Positions 26,048-38,400 of a DNA stretch of 60,292 nucleotides are shown piece by piece. Origin of the DNA: Chara braunii (Eukaryota; Plantae; Charophyceae). The number at the start of each line of letters is the position of its first letter. Position 1 is the first letter of the stretch. The stretch is taken from positions 2,656,454 through 2,716,745 of the forward strand of contig BFEA01000044.1 in assembly GCA_003427395.1 (NCBI GenBank). The letters run 5' to 3'. The notes under the pieces were generated by a model. It was not told the origin of the DNA and searched no databases. It saw only the letters and a list, made by a program, of their open reading frames with translations. A program made the position numbers and the translations under genes.

Positions 26048-26068
26048 AACCAACTGAGTTATAGGCCC
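26048..26068 (-). pseudogene. 5' fragment of a third tRNA (Ile-GAU-like)
   Basis: GGGCCTATAACTCAGTTGGTT gives an acceptor stem and D-arm start typical of bacterial/organellar tRNA-Ile. It is truncated at the insertion edge, so the anticodon is not visible. Confidence 0.5.
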
Positions 26069-26141
26069 ATGCTTGGAAAGACTTGAACTCTCAACCCCCA
26101 AATCCGTAGTTTGGTGCTCTATCCAATTGAGCTACAAGCAC
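26068..26141 (-). tRNA. trnR: tRNA-Arg(ACG), mitochondrial type (NUMT)
   Basis: GTGCTTGTAGCTCAATTGGATAGAGCACCAAACTACGGATTTGGGGGTTGAGAGTTCAAGTCTTTCCAAGCATG folds as a cloverleaf. The anticodon arm is CCAAA-CT-ACG-GA-TTTGG. Confidence 0.9.
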
Positions 26142-26149
26142 ATTCATTC

Positions 26150-26222
26150 GTCCCTTTCCTCTAGGGGTATAGGACATCGCTTTTTCATGGCGAAGACACG
26201 GGTTCAAATCCCGTGAGGGATA
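26150..26222 (+). tRNA. trnE: tRNA-Glu(UUC), plant mitochondrial type (NUMT)
   Basis: GTCCCTTTCCTCTAGGGGTATAGGACATCGCTTTTTCATGGCGAAGACACGGGTTCAAATCCCGTGAGGGATA. The anticodon arm is TCGCT-TT-TTC-AT-GGCGA. Closely resembles streptophyte mitochondrial trnE (GTCCCTTTCG...AGGGATA). Confidence 0.9.
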
Positions 26223-29200
26223 TATATGATATGATTTTGACAGGGTAGTTATGATTCCAAGGCTGAGAAATTGCACATCCTCTATAAGGAGCCTTGGGTG
26301 TAGTCGAAAGAATTCAACTTTCTTGCTCTGTTGACGCGCTGGGCTCATATGAAGCAAGAACGTGTACAAGGGAGAACGAAGTTGATCTTCTTCAAACTCT
26401 ACATTAATAGCCCTTCAAACTCTACATTAATGGTCGTTACATCCTTGCGTTGGCTGATTGTGGTGCAACCGCCAACTACTTCTCACCGCACGGCATTCGT
26501 AAGGCACGCTTGGGAATGAAGCAAGTGACCTTGCAGAATCCTTGTCGGACCCAAGTGGGCAACCAAGAGGTTGTCACCTCTACGCATGCAGTCAAAGGTG
26601 TGCGCAATACCTTTGACGCAGACCGCACAATCACGCATGATCTGAACTTTTATGTCCTTGATCAGTGCCCCTTCGACGCAGTTATTGGCTTGGGCTGGTT
26701 GCCAGCCCAATGTAAATGAACCACGTGGAAGGACTCACAGTTCATGGTCAAAGATGCCATGGGAATCGAGCGTCCAGTCCTCTTCGATGAGCCGCGCGAG
26801 TCCCAAGTAACTTTTCTCAATGCAATGCAATCATGCAAAAATTGGCGCAAGCGCAAAGTTGATGAGCAAATGTATATAGCCTTTGTTAGGCCTACTCATG
26901 TGCCTTCTATTTTTGTTGTGCATAATGATTCCACTTTGCATGCCGTTTCTACTTCTGAGGCAACTACTACCTCTACTAAGTCTACTTCTAGTCCGCGACT
27001 CTGCTTCAAATCAGGTTGTTTTGGCTGCACCGATGCAATCCGGGATGCTTGCACCTGAATGTGATGATCCACCTCCGAAGATCCCATCGGAAATTCGCAA
27101 CCTTCTCAACCGATTTCCTGAAGTCTTGGTCGAACCACATGGAGTTCCCGTGTGTCCGGTCCGACACAAAATCGAGTTGATAGAAGGTAGCACTCCTCCA
27201 AAAGGGTGTGTCTATCGAATGGGCTCAAGCGAATTGGAAGAGTTGCGTAGGCAGATTGATGACATGATTGGGAAGGGATGGATCAAGCCAAGCGAATCCG
27301 AATTCGGTGCACCGGTTTTGTTTGTCCCTAAGAAAGGAGGCAAACTACGGATGTGTATCTATTACCGCGGGTTGAATATAATAACAAGAAAGAATGCATA
27401 TCCTTTGTCGTGTATTAATGATCTGCTTAATGCTGCAGGTGGGTGCAAGGTCTTCAGCAAGATCGATCTCAAGTCTGGCTACCACCAAATTGAAGTCGAT
27501 CCTGGAGACCGGCATAAAACTGCATTCAAAACTCGCGATGGACTGTACGAGTTTACCGCCATGCCCTTTGGCCTCACGAAAGCACCAGCCACCTTCCAAA
27601 GTCTCATGGACAAGGTGTTCCGCAATCGGATCAATCGATTTGTTGTTGTTTATTTGGACGACATACTAATCTTCAGCAAGTCGACGGAGGAGCACATGAG
27701 ACACCTTGAGGAAGTGTTGCAGATCCTCAAGGATGCGCAGCTCCATCTCAACTTGGAGAAATCTGAGTTTGGAAGGGACAGCGTCATCTACCTTGGACAT
27801 CGCCCTGAGTCTACTGCAGGCCTAGAGTCCGAGGCAACCAAAGTTGAGGTCATGCGCAACTGCCTCAACCGTCCAATGTCTGCGAGTTGCATTCTTTTCT
27901 TGGTCTTGTGCCGTACTACCGTTAGTTTGTACCCAAATTCTCTATCATCGCCCATCCGCTGTCGAAGTTGACAAGTAAGAATGTGTCTTACACATGGGAT
28001 GGGGAATGCACAACAATCTTCCAAGCATTGAAGGAGGCTTTGGTGAGTCATCCAGTGCTCCGCATTGCAGATCTCGAACTTACATTCGTAGTAACTACGG
28101 ATGCAAGCTTGTATGGGACTGGTGCAGTGTTGCAGCAAGATGACGATGATGGCTTACGTCCGCTTGAATATTACAGCAAACGCATGCCCAACCACAAGGT
28201 AGCTGCCTGCACTTACATGCGAGAACTCGACGCCTTGAGAGAGGCACTAGATCATTGGAAACACCATCTCTTGTGTCGTCATTTCAAAGTGTTCTCATAT
28301 CACGAGACTTTGAAATGGATTCAGAAACAGATTAATCCATCAACCACATTGACCCGTTGGCTGCATGAGATTGATGTGTATGATTTTGAACTTAATCATA
28401 AGAAAGGTTGTTACAATCGCGTTGCGGATGCTTTGTCTCGCCATCTTGAGTACATGACTTGCCTTGTGGGTTCCCATGATCTCCGTAAGAATTTGGAGGA
28501 GGAACTCATTGACCACACTGCCAAGGACTCGAAACTCAGTCCCATCCTTGAACAGATTCGGGCTGACCCTAGCAGTCAGCCTGATTTCCATGAATGGAAG
28601 GGCTTACTTTTCTGACATTACGGGAAGCACGACCGACTTTGTGTACCCAACCATGAGCCGATCCTTACTCACTTCTTGGACTTGGCTCATGGTCGGAGTG
28701 GACACTTCGGTTTTGAGAAGACATACGGAAATCTGCTGCAAAAGTTTGTATGACCTGGAATGAAAGGCATGGCACGAAAGTTTGTGGCTGAGTGACAAAT
28801 CTGTCAACGCATCTAACCATCTCGACAGAAGCCCTACGGCCTGCTACACCCTCTTCCTATTCCTGATGGCCCGGGTGAGTCTCTTTCCATCGACTTCACG
28901 AACATGGGAAAGAAGAGTAAGAATGAATATTCGCAAGTATTGGTGATCGTTGACCGCTTCTCGAAGTTTCTGGAACTGATCCCATTACCACCTCGTGCCC
29001 CAACAGATCTTGTGATCAAAGAGTTTCATAAAAAGTACGTTCTGCAATATGGACTCCCGAAAACCCTTGTGAGGGACCGCGGCACTCGGTTCATAAGTGC
29101 AGATTGGAAGGACTTCACCTCCCGGACCTATGACATGATACTCAAGATGACGTCTGCCCGACATCCCGAAGCCAATAGACTGGTCGAGGAGATCAACCAG

Positions 29201-30087
29201 ACTGTGATCCAACTTCTCCGAGCTCTAATTGTGCCTGATCAGCACTCTTGGGATGAGGAACTGCCAATTGTGCAAGGTTTGTACAACAACTCCGCACACT
29301 CTTCCACCGGGATGACACCTAACCGGCTGCACCTTGGGTGGAAGAATCGCAATCCCTTATCTTATCAGTTTCCTAGACAGCCACCTGGCCTGACACCTGG
29401 CCAGCCAGGCTACAGCGCTAAGTTTGATCGTTTGCTCAAAGTTGTTGTCGCAACCATGGAGAGGCGACGCAGTGCTATGATTAAGCATGCAAACAAAAAG
29501 CGCCAGCCCGACCCTTTCACAGTGGGAAGTTATGTCGGGGTCAAGATGTCTGAATTTTCTGAAGAGGAAGGTGTATCACGAAAGCTTCTTCCTCAGTATT
29601 ACGGTCCCTGGAAGGTGTTGAACCAAGTCGAAAATGATTCCTTTGGTCCTTACACGATCGACGTGCCTCCTCATCTGCGCACGTACCCAGTCTTTCATGC
29701 ATCGAAGTTGTTTCCGTATGAACCACCCGAAACTTTTTCGTATCGAGAATCAATGATTCCTCGTGCAATCAAGGGCGATCACGAGATTGACAGAATTGTC
29801 GAGCATAGTGGGAAGGGGAGAAACAGACAATACAAAGTCCACTTCCTATATCATTCATTGAATGACTTTTCTTGGATTGCTAAGAAAGATTTGTTGCAGA
29901 GTGCCCCGCGAGTCGTCAACGCATACGAACGATTGATTAGTTCCGAACAGCAGCCTAAATTCACTGCTACCCTCACTCCTACGGAACATACCCGATCTCT
30001 CTTTGCTATTTATGCTTATGATGCATTATGTAAGGACTCTGATTGAGTTACTAGCTCGAAGGGAACTCGCTCTTGAGGGGGAGGTAG

Positions 30088-31507
30088 TGTAATGACCCGC
30101 CATAACACCGACTAAGAACACTGCTGATTACTGAAGTTCTGCCTATGGAATGGATGCCTTGCTGAGATTCCTGCATTTTGCTGTGTTTTCTAAGTTTGTA
30201 TGTGTGCGTGCCTGTCTGAGTGTTTGTCGGCATGAGTGTGTGCGTGACCCGCAAGGGTACTTGCTTGTTTGGCAGGCCCGTCGGGCCGGTACTTAACTGT
30301 GGCCGTGGCATTGAGGGTTGCAGCAGGGAAAAACACTCAAGTAGCAAGTAGGCCGGTACCGCACCCAGTAGCAGTAGATGTGTCGGGTACTCGAGGCCGA
30401 GCAGAAGAAGACAAAGTTGGCATTTTTAGAGGCCCAGTAGCGGTAGGCTAGGTCTAGGCCGGTACCAGTCCATACAGTCTGAGTCTAGAGCCTGTACGGG
30501 CAATATCAGAGTCTGCAATGATGTTTCCCTCCGAAAGGGAGGAGGTACCGGTTGCTTGGGAGGCCGAGCGGCCTGGAAGTCACCGCCCAAGAGGCAAGCA
30601 TGCCGCTATATCAAGAGGCCGAGGCAAGAGCTCGGCCTCATTCTTCAATATGCAAGTTTGGCAACACGCTGCTGGAGCGCTGGCTGGAGTGGCGTTGGGT
30701 ACTACAGTGCTGCGGGAGGAAGAAGCTGGGAGCTTCCACCTTGGCTATGGTGTAGCTACTACCGGTACGAGGAGGAGGGAGAAGGGGACCAAGGAGGAGA
30801 GTGGCGGGGTACTTACCTGGCTATGGTAGACACCATCTTCATCACCTTGTTAGGCGCTGCATCCAGAAGGCCCCCATGGGGGTAGTGCCGCATCAAGGAA
30901 CCTCGGGACAGAGTCAGGCATGGCGGTTGAGTAGGCCGCGACATAGCTGCAGGGAGTTGACCTGGGGATAGAAGGACAGCGACATAGCTGCTTTGGGAGG
31001 GAGAGCCCTCAGTACTCCGCCATAGCCTCGACCTATATGTAGAGGAAGAGGTAGGGTGGCCATGGCTATGGTGGACCTCATGTTGTGCCTGCAGTAGAAG
31101 TGGGATTCGGACATGGATTCTGGTTCAAACATTCAACATTATCATTGTTATTTCTTGTTGAATAAGAGGGGAGGAGATGAGGAGGAGATTGGTTGGCGAG
31201 GAGGCTCTATGCTGGAGTACATCATCTTCTTCTTCTTTTTGAATAAGAGGGGAGGAGATGAGATTGGTTGGCGAGGAGGCTCTATGCTGGAGTACATCAT
31301 CTCCTTCTTCTTTTTGAATAAGAGGGGAGGAGATGAGATTGGTTGGCGAGGAGGCTCTATGATGGAGTACATCATCTTCTTTTTCTTTCTTACTTCTTCT
31401 TCTTCTTTCCCTGTCTCTCCTCTCAAGTTCATTCATTTCTTTTTGCAATTGGACGACATTGTACTTTCTGGTGTTTGTATACTTTTAAATTGGCCAGCAT
31501 CGTAACA
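30088..31507 (+). repeat. 3' LTR of family B copy 1, with a 3x internal tandem repeat at ~31158-31390
   Basis: Homologous to the 5' LTR. The unit ttgaataagaggggaggagatgag...tacatcatct is triplicated here and single in the 5' LTR. Confidence 0.93.
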
Positions 31508-34372
31508 TGCCCCTCATTTAGAACAGGGATCGCGATTAGTCGTGATCCAGGGACCTTCCCCAGATACTAATGCCCAAGGGGTCAAAAGCCTCCGACAGTC
31601 AGGTTTGTAGCCCTCTAACCCCCTTCGGCACGCCATTACTACACACTTTGGAATAGCCTCAGCTTCGCAGTAGCCTACGCACTCACACGGTGCGCTCGGA
31701 ACACTGGACGACAAAGTCCAGATAGTCTTGGTCCGAGTGTGTCACCTCCTAACACGACTATTTCGACTTACAAACAGCGAGAGCGTCCCCGACCATTGAA
31801 TTTCGGCAAAACTAAAAATAAATATACACGGGGCTAGAGAGGAGGAGAGAAGGCTGGATCAAAAACCGCAGGCTGTGGCCACATACGCAAAAAATTGAGC
31901 CAGAAGGAGGTGCATGAGGGATGGCCTAACAACGGAGGTCCACGTGACCATCTCTTATCACGAGATGAAGACTACTACTAGGACTACTGAACATGAGCAA
32001 CAGTGCTTGGAGAGGGACTCAAAGGCTGAGTCCAAAGCTAGCGATGTGGAGACCCATTCCTGACACGGACTAGATCAGTGGAGGCGGGATCGCCCGCCAA
32101 CTGCACCAATAAAGAATGGCCTAGAGGCAAGTTCGTGGTGGTGAAAGGCTTAAAGTGGTGAGTCAGTTACGAGACTGAGGATGAGAGCGAGAAACAAACA
32201 CAAAGCATCGACAATGACAGAGGATGTGAAGAAGTTAGACGTACGAGTCCTCACACGAAGAGGATTCATTTGACGTCATCTTTGCAGTGTTAATCACAGC
32301 GCAATGATCGCAATGTGGATGAGGGCGATACAGGCATACCCATTATGGACGACGCTCTCACAAGGCCCGACTAGCTAAAGGAGTATGAGAAAAGCGAACT
32401 GAGCTAGAGAGGCTGCGAGGCGGTTACAAACAGCTGACCAAAGTCGTGGTCGAAAAGAAGAGAATAAAAAGGGGAGAACCTTACTGGAAGTAGGACCTTT
32501 TTTGTGAAACTCTCATGTGGGATAAGTAAGCAAACTATAGTCGACTTCGGTATTTCCTAAGGAGACCAGTTCACGGAGACGTCAAAGCTTAATTTTGTGA
32601 CCTCATTGGGTACTAGCACTATGCATGAGAAGAGAGTAACCAGACTTTCAAAAGGAGAACCACGCATGATCTCATTACTCACGTCATCTATTTCTGCTAG
32701 CGGTCAGTATCACTCTTTATCTCCGACGTTGAACAGCGAAGTACCGATGGGGGGAACGTACTAGTTGAAAGTAAAAAGCTATGAAATTGTGCTCTCTGTC
32801 GAGTGTGCGCGAGCCAGTGAGCGCGTTGACATCAACAAGCATTGGTCACGAGTGATATACTTCATCCACTAGCCCTCACTTCTCTAGTGACCATTACCTT
32901 TGCAGAAGAGTGCCATAACCTGATAGAAAGAGCGGGCATAAGGGAGCATCAGGCACTAATAGTATGCACAGACACTCGATGCTTGACTTGACACGAGAAA
33001 TAAAAGAGAGAGAATTGTTGTAATCATCGACTCTCCCAAGCAATCTCTCTTCCTCAGACAACTTTGAACCCTCGCTATTCAAGACAATGGCTCAAGGTGC
33101 TAGCGGGGGAGGGTTTCTTTTCTATCAAATTTTCTCGACTTCTATTTCTACCCTTGATCTCCTTGACGAGTATCATTTTGCCATCTTCAAACCAGTGGAC
33201 CGAGTCATCTTCGAGTAGTCACTCGTCATCAGTTGAGCGGCGAGCACGTAGTCTTATGAGTGGTTTCGTCGCCGTAACTAATCTATGAGCCACTATCAGC
33301 CACGATTGAGAGACACTGATCATGTCCTCGTCAATGATTAAGATGAATGTTTATCACGGTCTTGACCACGTACTTATGAATGACAAACCGAAGGATATGA
33401 GGAAGTTTCTAAAAGTGATGGACAAAATCCCACAAGAGAATGAAGAATTTTGTGTTTCTTGCTCAATGAAAAGTTGGTAAACAGATGAGTGGATTGGAAA
33501 TGATGCAATCGACAATAAGCATTTGGCTCCCCGAGCTTAGTAAATAAGCTCTAGCCTATCAATCAAAGCTAATACTAAATCCTCTTTACACCTTACAATA
33601 GGGACATGACCTCGATATTTTCCAATGTGTCATGCGTGCATGTTAGATGGGTAAGAAACAACACATCGTGAAGAAGATTGCTTATCTGCTCACTAAATTC
33701 CTAATCCATGGGGACTAATCCCATGCTCGTTCTGATTTAGTGGGTTCTATTTGGAGAGGCTGTTAGCGAAGTCCCAGACCCAAAGCACATCGTTTCTTTT
33801 CTTTTATTTTTATCACTACAAGTGTCAATTAGTTGTTGACACTCTTTCTAGACCTTAGATCTTGATTTGGATTAAGATCAAGATCTAGTAGTCGTCCGAG
33901 ATTTCTCGGATTGCAATAATGTCACCTCCACATGTATGTGGGCCACCTTTCGCTCCGTAAGTCCAAAATTGTGGCCCTCCCTTGCTCCGACTTATTCTAA
34001 GTGGACCATTCACCATGCAGAGCCACTCAAGGCTCTATTTTTCTCTTGCATGTGGTAAGAGATATCTCAGACTACCCCCTAGACCTCCCTCCATTTCTCT
34101 TTCTCCTTTCTCTTAAACTTCTCCTTTTTGGCTCCACTAGCGATTGCACTAGTGGTGCTAATATTTTTGACCATTTAGATCTCTATCCGGAGGTGCATCC
34201 ATCCTTGGTTATTCTCATGCCATCCCACATATTCCCTTGGGACAACTCCAATCCCCGCCACTTTCTCATAAAGATTCCATCTCTTGGTCCCACCCATGGT
34301 CCCACACTTCCCGGTCATAAATACAACTATTTTTATTAAGGCCCATCTAGTCCCCGATAGCCCTCTCCTTGA

Positions 34373-34572
34373 ACCACTAGTAGCTTTGCCGTGTGGGAAT
34401 ATAGTGGGCCTTGGGTGGGCCTCCGACCTTTTCGGAGGCTGAAACGAGACGACGGCAGTCAATTTGATTTATCAATGGCAGCCGTCGTCAGGCCCGACCT
34501 CCGAATGTTAAGGACTTTGGAAAAACTGCCATTTTTCCCTATTTTCCCAACAGTGGCGGAGGTACTAGTGGT
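34373..34572. mobile_element. 200-bp ACCAC-ended MITE
   Basis: TIR accactagta.c...gcc...tgggaa.atag at both ends. Flanks are TTGA and TTAA. Confidence 0.75.
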
Positions 34573-34576
34573 TTAA

Positions 34577-35420
34577 ACCACCAGTACACGGCCTCAGCCT
34601 TGCAACAAAATAACTTGTCGCCACAAGAAGTAAAAGGCGGGCTCGGGGCAAGGTCGAAGCGTCATAAGGTTTTCAAATTTTTGGGCCCATCTCAAATCCG
34701 TACGTTCCAAAAAACAAAACAAGCTTTGGCCGTGATTGCAGTTGGATACACTTTTTGGAGTACTCATGTGAGTTTGCCCTCAGTGAGGGCACTTTAGCAT
34801 AATGTAGAACACGGGGAGCAGGACTATCGGACTCTCAAAAAAAAAAACAAAGAAAAAAGCCTTTGGCCGTGATTGCAGTTGGATACACTTTTTGGAGTAC
34901 TCGTGCGAGTTCGCCCTCAGTGAGGGCACTTGAGCAGAACGTAGAACACGGGGAGCAGGACTGTCGGACTCTCAGAAAAAGAACAAAAAAAAAAAGCCAA
35001 CAACACTTTGGTCGTGAAAGTGGTTGGATGCATTTCAACCTCACTAGTGTCAGTATGCCCTCAACGAGTGCGTGTTGAGCAAGAGGAATATGCGCTGCCT
35101 TGCTGGCAGGGCCAGGAAGAAAAAAACAAAACAAGAAAAAAAGGAAAAACAACGTTTCCCTCTCCCCGTAGTCAGATGCATTCAGGAAAGTGATCATTTG
35201 CATATAGCCTACATGACGTCCTTTCACAACATAATTGCTCTCTGGCATGTTTGTTCCTTTCTTTTCTTCACTTGTTTTTTCGGTTCAAGCAGGCAAACAA
35301 GCTGGACCAGTGCCACTTCCGAAATTCCCACTGCAAGTACCCTCACGCAGAAGGCTCGAAAAACAGTGGCGCGCAGTGGGCAGGTAGGTTCGGGATTTTA
35401 GGCGCCGGTGTACGGGTGGT
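34577..35420. mobile_element. ACCAC-ended MITE with TTAA TSD, 844 bp
   Basis: TTAA-accaccagtacac...gtgtacgggtggt-TTAA. The interior resembles 16992-17777. Internal tandem duplication at ~34724-34975. Confidence 0.85.
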
Positions 35421-38400
35421 TTAACATCCCACTTTTATTTGGGACTACTGCTAGATCTTGATCTCGCGGTCGATGATCATCGTCGCAAGTTATTTCGTTG
35501 TGACCATTCCCCTTTGTGTCTTGGGCATGTCAAGGCCATTTTCCCTTGGCCCACACACGTCCTTCCGCACCATTAATTCTTGGGATGCAGTGGGGTCCAT
35601 TTTCCTAGTCTCACTGCCCCCCATACTGGCCCCAAACTGAAAACATTTGGAGCGACACACCCCCTGATGCATCCAAACTCAACATTGACTCCAAATGTAC
35701 TTGGAACATGTGTTTCTTTCTGGGAGGTGGTCCGGTGCATCTCAGCCTACCTCCCTCTTTATTTTTCCTGATATTCTGAGACAAAATAAAGTAACACTAA
35801 GACATTTTGTAACCGTTTCATCCCAAGATGAATTTGGTCACAAAATGTATCATAAACATGTGGCTCATTCTCCCCTGGGTGTCTGTTTTCGTTCGTTAGT
35901 GAGCTGGCTGCCTCTCGAGGCATTAGATTTAGGTACATCGTACTTGAACCTTCCCATTCCCAAGCCTTTGTGCCCGACTCATCCCAAGATGAATCTGGTC
36001 ACAAGATGCATCTAAAACATGTGTTTTCCTTAGCCAGCAAGTGTCCGTTTTTTACCGTTTCAGTCTCAACTGCATCTAGACTTAATGCAGGCCTGTATCA
36101 TGCACGTAGATCTAATATGGAAAGAGACAAGTTGAGCATGATGTGGCACCCTTGTACTTTTTTCACTCCCACATTCTTACCTCTCCCATTCTCGAACCAC
36201 ATTTTTCAGGTTCATTCAACTAGGCCTCCCAAAACTGAAGCCCTTGCAGTCCGTTGCGATTCCGCCTACAATTGTCGATCTTTTCCTCATTTCGTGTGAT
36301 TACGAGAAAAACCGTCTTTCCCAGTTTCTCCCGTTTTTTTCCCGAAATCTTCTCAAACTATTCCCCATTCTATTTTATTGGTCTCTCCCTTAGTCTGGTT
36401 CATGTCTTTCCGTTTTAGTGCCTTTCTACTGCCTTCCCTACTTGTTCCCAAGTCCCGCTCGTCTCGAGTCCTGTCATGAGGCACTTAGTCCCAGTGGTCC
36501 CGTTCTCGCCGCTCATCTAGCCTCTCCATTCTTTCTCGTCACCTTCTTCTGGATTCCTCTGTTGTGCACGTTCGTGTTGTATATCCTGTCTCACGAGTCG
36601 GGACTTGATTTGAGAACCAAAGATCCGACAACGTCCCAAGATTGTGCATCTCACACAAACACCAAGTGGCATGCATTGATGGTGTGAAAAGTTGTAGAGG
36701 CCCCAACCCCATGGGATGAAAACCGCAGAGCCAAAACACAGCCAACGGTGCCACGCACGTGCCCTGCGGCTGGAAAGATTTATTGTTTTGGGAGATTATT
36801 GTAATGAAGAGTTGCGAGTAATTGGAGGCTGAAGACGGTGGCAAGATGAAGGGGGGTTGACAATGGTCTTAGCTAGTGCTCCTCTTCTTCTTGTTCTGCC
36901 ATTCTTCTCTCTTTTTCTTCCTTTAATTCCCTTTCCAAGATCTTTCATTTCAGTTGCAACTGAGCAGCATTGTCTTTCTTTGAGTTGTTGCACAACGAGA
37001 TAGGCAGGCTCATAACAAGCGCAAAAGATGGGCGAAGTCCGTTGTTGGTGCTAGGCGCAACTGCGTCTGTAGTTTAAATTGACTGAATGGTTGACTAGAG
37101 CAGGGAGTGTGTGGGCGCGCAGACTTGAGGCGTGAGTGGTCGCCGGCCGGAATTTTATTCTTTTGATTAAACTAGGCTTAAAAGGATTTTGTTTTTTGAT
37201 TGGTGCGCTTGCCTATGACCTGTGCGTACGCACGGAGGACGGCATCGACAACACAGTGATTTTGAAAACATTCGGCAAAATCTTCCGTACGCACGGAGGA
37301 CGGCATCGACAACACAGTGATTTTGAAAACATTCGGCAAAATCAGCGTGTCGCACAGTATCTGTATATTTAGGGGTCGTCAAAATTAAACCCGGACTTGG
37401 GCCTAGCATTATTGGTTACAACGTCGAACTTTCATTTGAGAGGTTTGGGGATCGAGATCGAGCGGCGGCGACGCGGAGATATCAGAGTTGCATAGAGGGA
37501 CCGATGGGTTGAGGACCCGGCGGGGCTATCCCCCTTGGTATTGCCATCGACGGCGTCTGGTCAGTGGCGGCACTTTCCAAGTACTTTTTGGCGCCGTATT
37601 TCTGCTACTTTCTTGTTATAACTCCGTCGTACCGTTGACCCGGACGCGACGCCCGACTTAATGGTATTCACTGCAGTCAAGGACTTGAGTGCGGGTTCGC
37701 GTGTTCCAGATGTTGCCGAAAGTCCTCTATCACGCCGCTGTTGAGAACAGGGCATGCTCAGGGCTTGAGTCTGTAATTGCACTTGAGACAAAGCGGGCCG
37801 GTAGTGCTGAACGTATATGACCTATGTTTCGGGCCCGGTGAAGTCACGGGTGTGTTGTGTTCACAGGACTATCTGAGACGTGATTTTCATGACCGCGCCG
37901 AAGTTACCCCACTGTGGTATTTCGGGGATTCCTGTAGCAGCTACATTTGGGCTCAAGCCGCCAACAAGGGAACATGCGGGAGCTGCACCCACCGGCAAGT
38001 GCGATGCCTGCTACGACAAGCGGGCAATACCGGCCAGGCGTCAGCCGGTAGGCATCCTTGGGCCAGGCTCTTTCGACTGGGCCGGTCACTGTGCTTCCCC
38101 TCCAATCCCCTTCCCCTACGAGCTCCGTCGGTCTTGGCTTAGTACCGCCCAAGGGGAGGGACCGACGACATATCTCTGAGTAACGGGCGGTGGGTCCGGT
38201 CGGGCAGCATTAAGCAGCAGCGGGAGGGACAATAGCGCAGCGCAGCTACGGGTGCTAAGGCAGCAGGAGTGACGACCGACAGGAGAACAGGCAAGCAAAG
38301 AGAAGGTATCCGGACGCGAAGGCGCACCGGATGCATGCGGGACATGAGGAAAGGCTATGGCGGGGGTTAAAGTAATTTATCACGTCATATCCTTGTTGGA

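Larger units (their letters stand above)
25915..30046 (+). pseudogene. pol: pol (PR-RT-RH-IN-chromodomain), disrupted
   Basis: Protease LADCGAT. RT KIDLKSGYHQI, MPFGL and YLDDILIFS. RNase H TDASLYGTGAVLQQ. Integrase IVDRFSKF and YGPWKV. Chromodomain HEIDRIVEH...YKVHF...SWI. Confidence 0.93.
23441..31507 (+). mobile_element. Ty3/Gypsy chromovirus with both LTRs, family B copy 1 (8067 bp; gag N-terminus deleted)
   Basis: 5' LTR 23441-24748 and 3' LTR 30088-31507 (TG...CA). PBS TGGTATCAGA at 24750. PPT at 30075-30087. Flanking TGCC on both sides. Confidence 0.95.

Noticed and set aside
26068-26222. Functional nuclear tRNA genes or an internal primer source
   Set aside because: The sequences are organellar-type, the neighbour is truncated and they are absent from the paralogous element. 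The element's PBS is iMet-type, not Arg or Glu.
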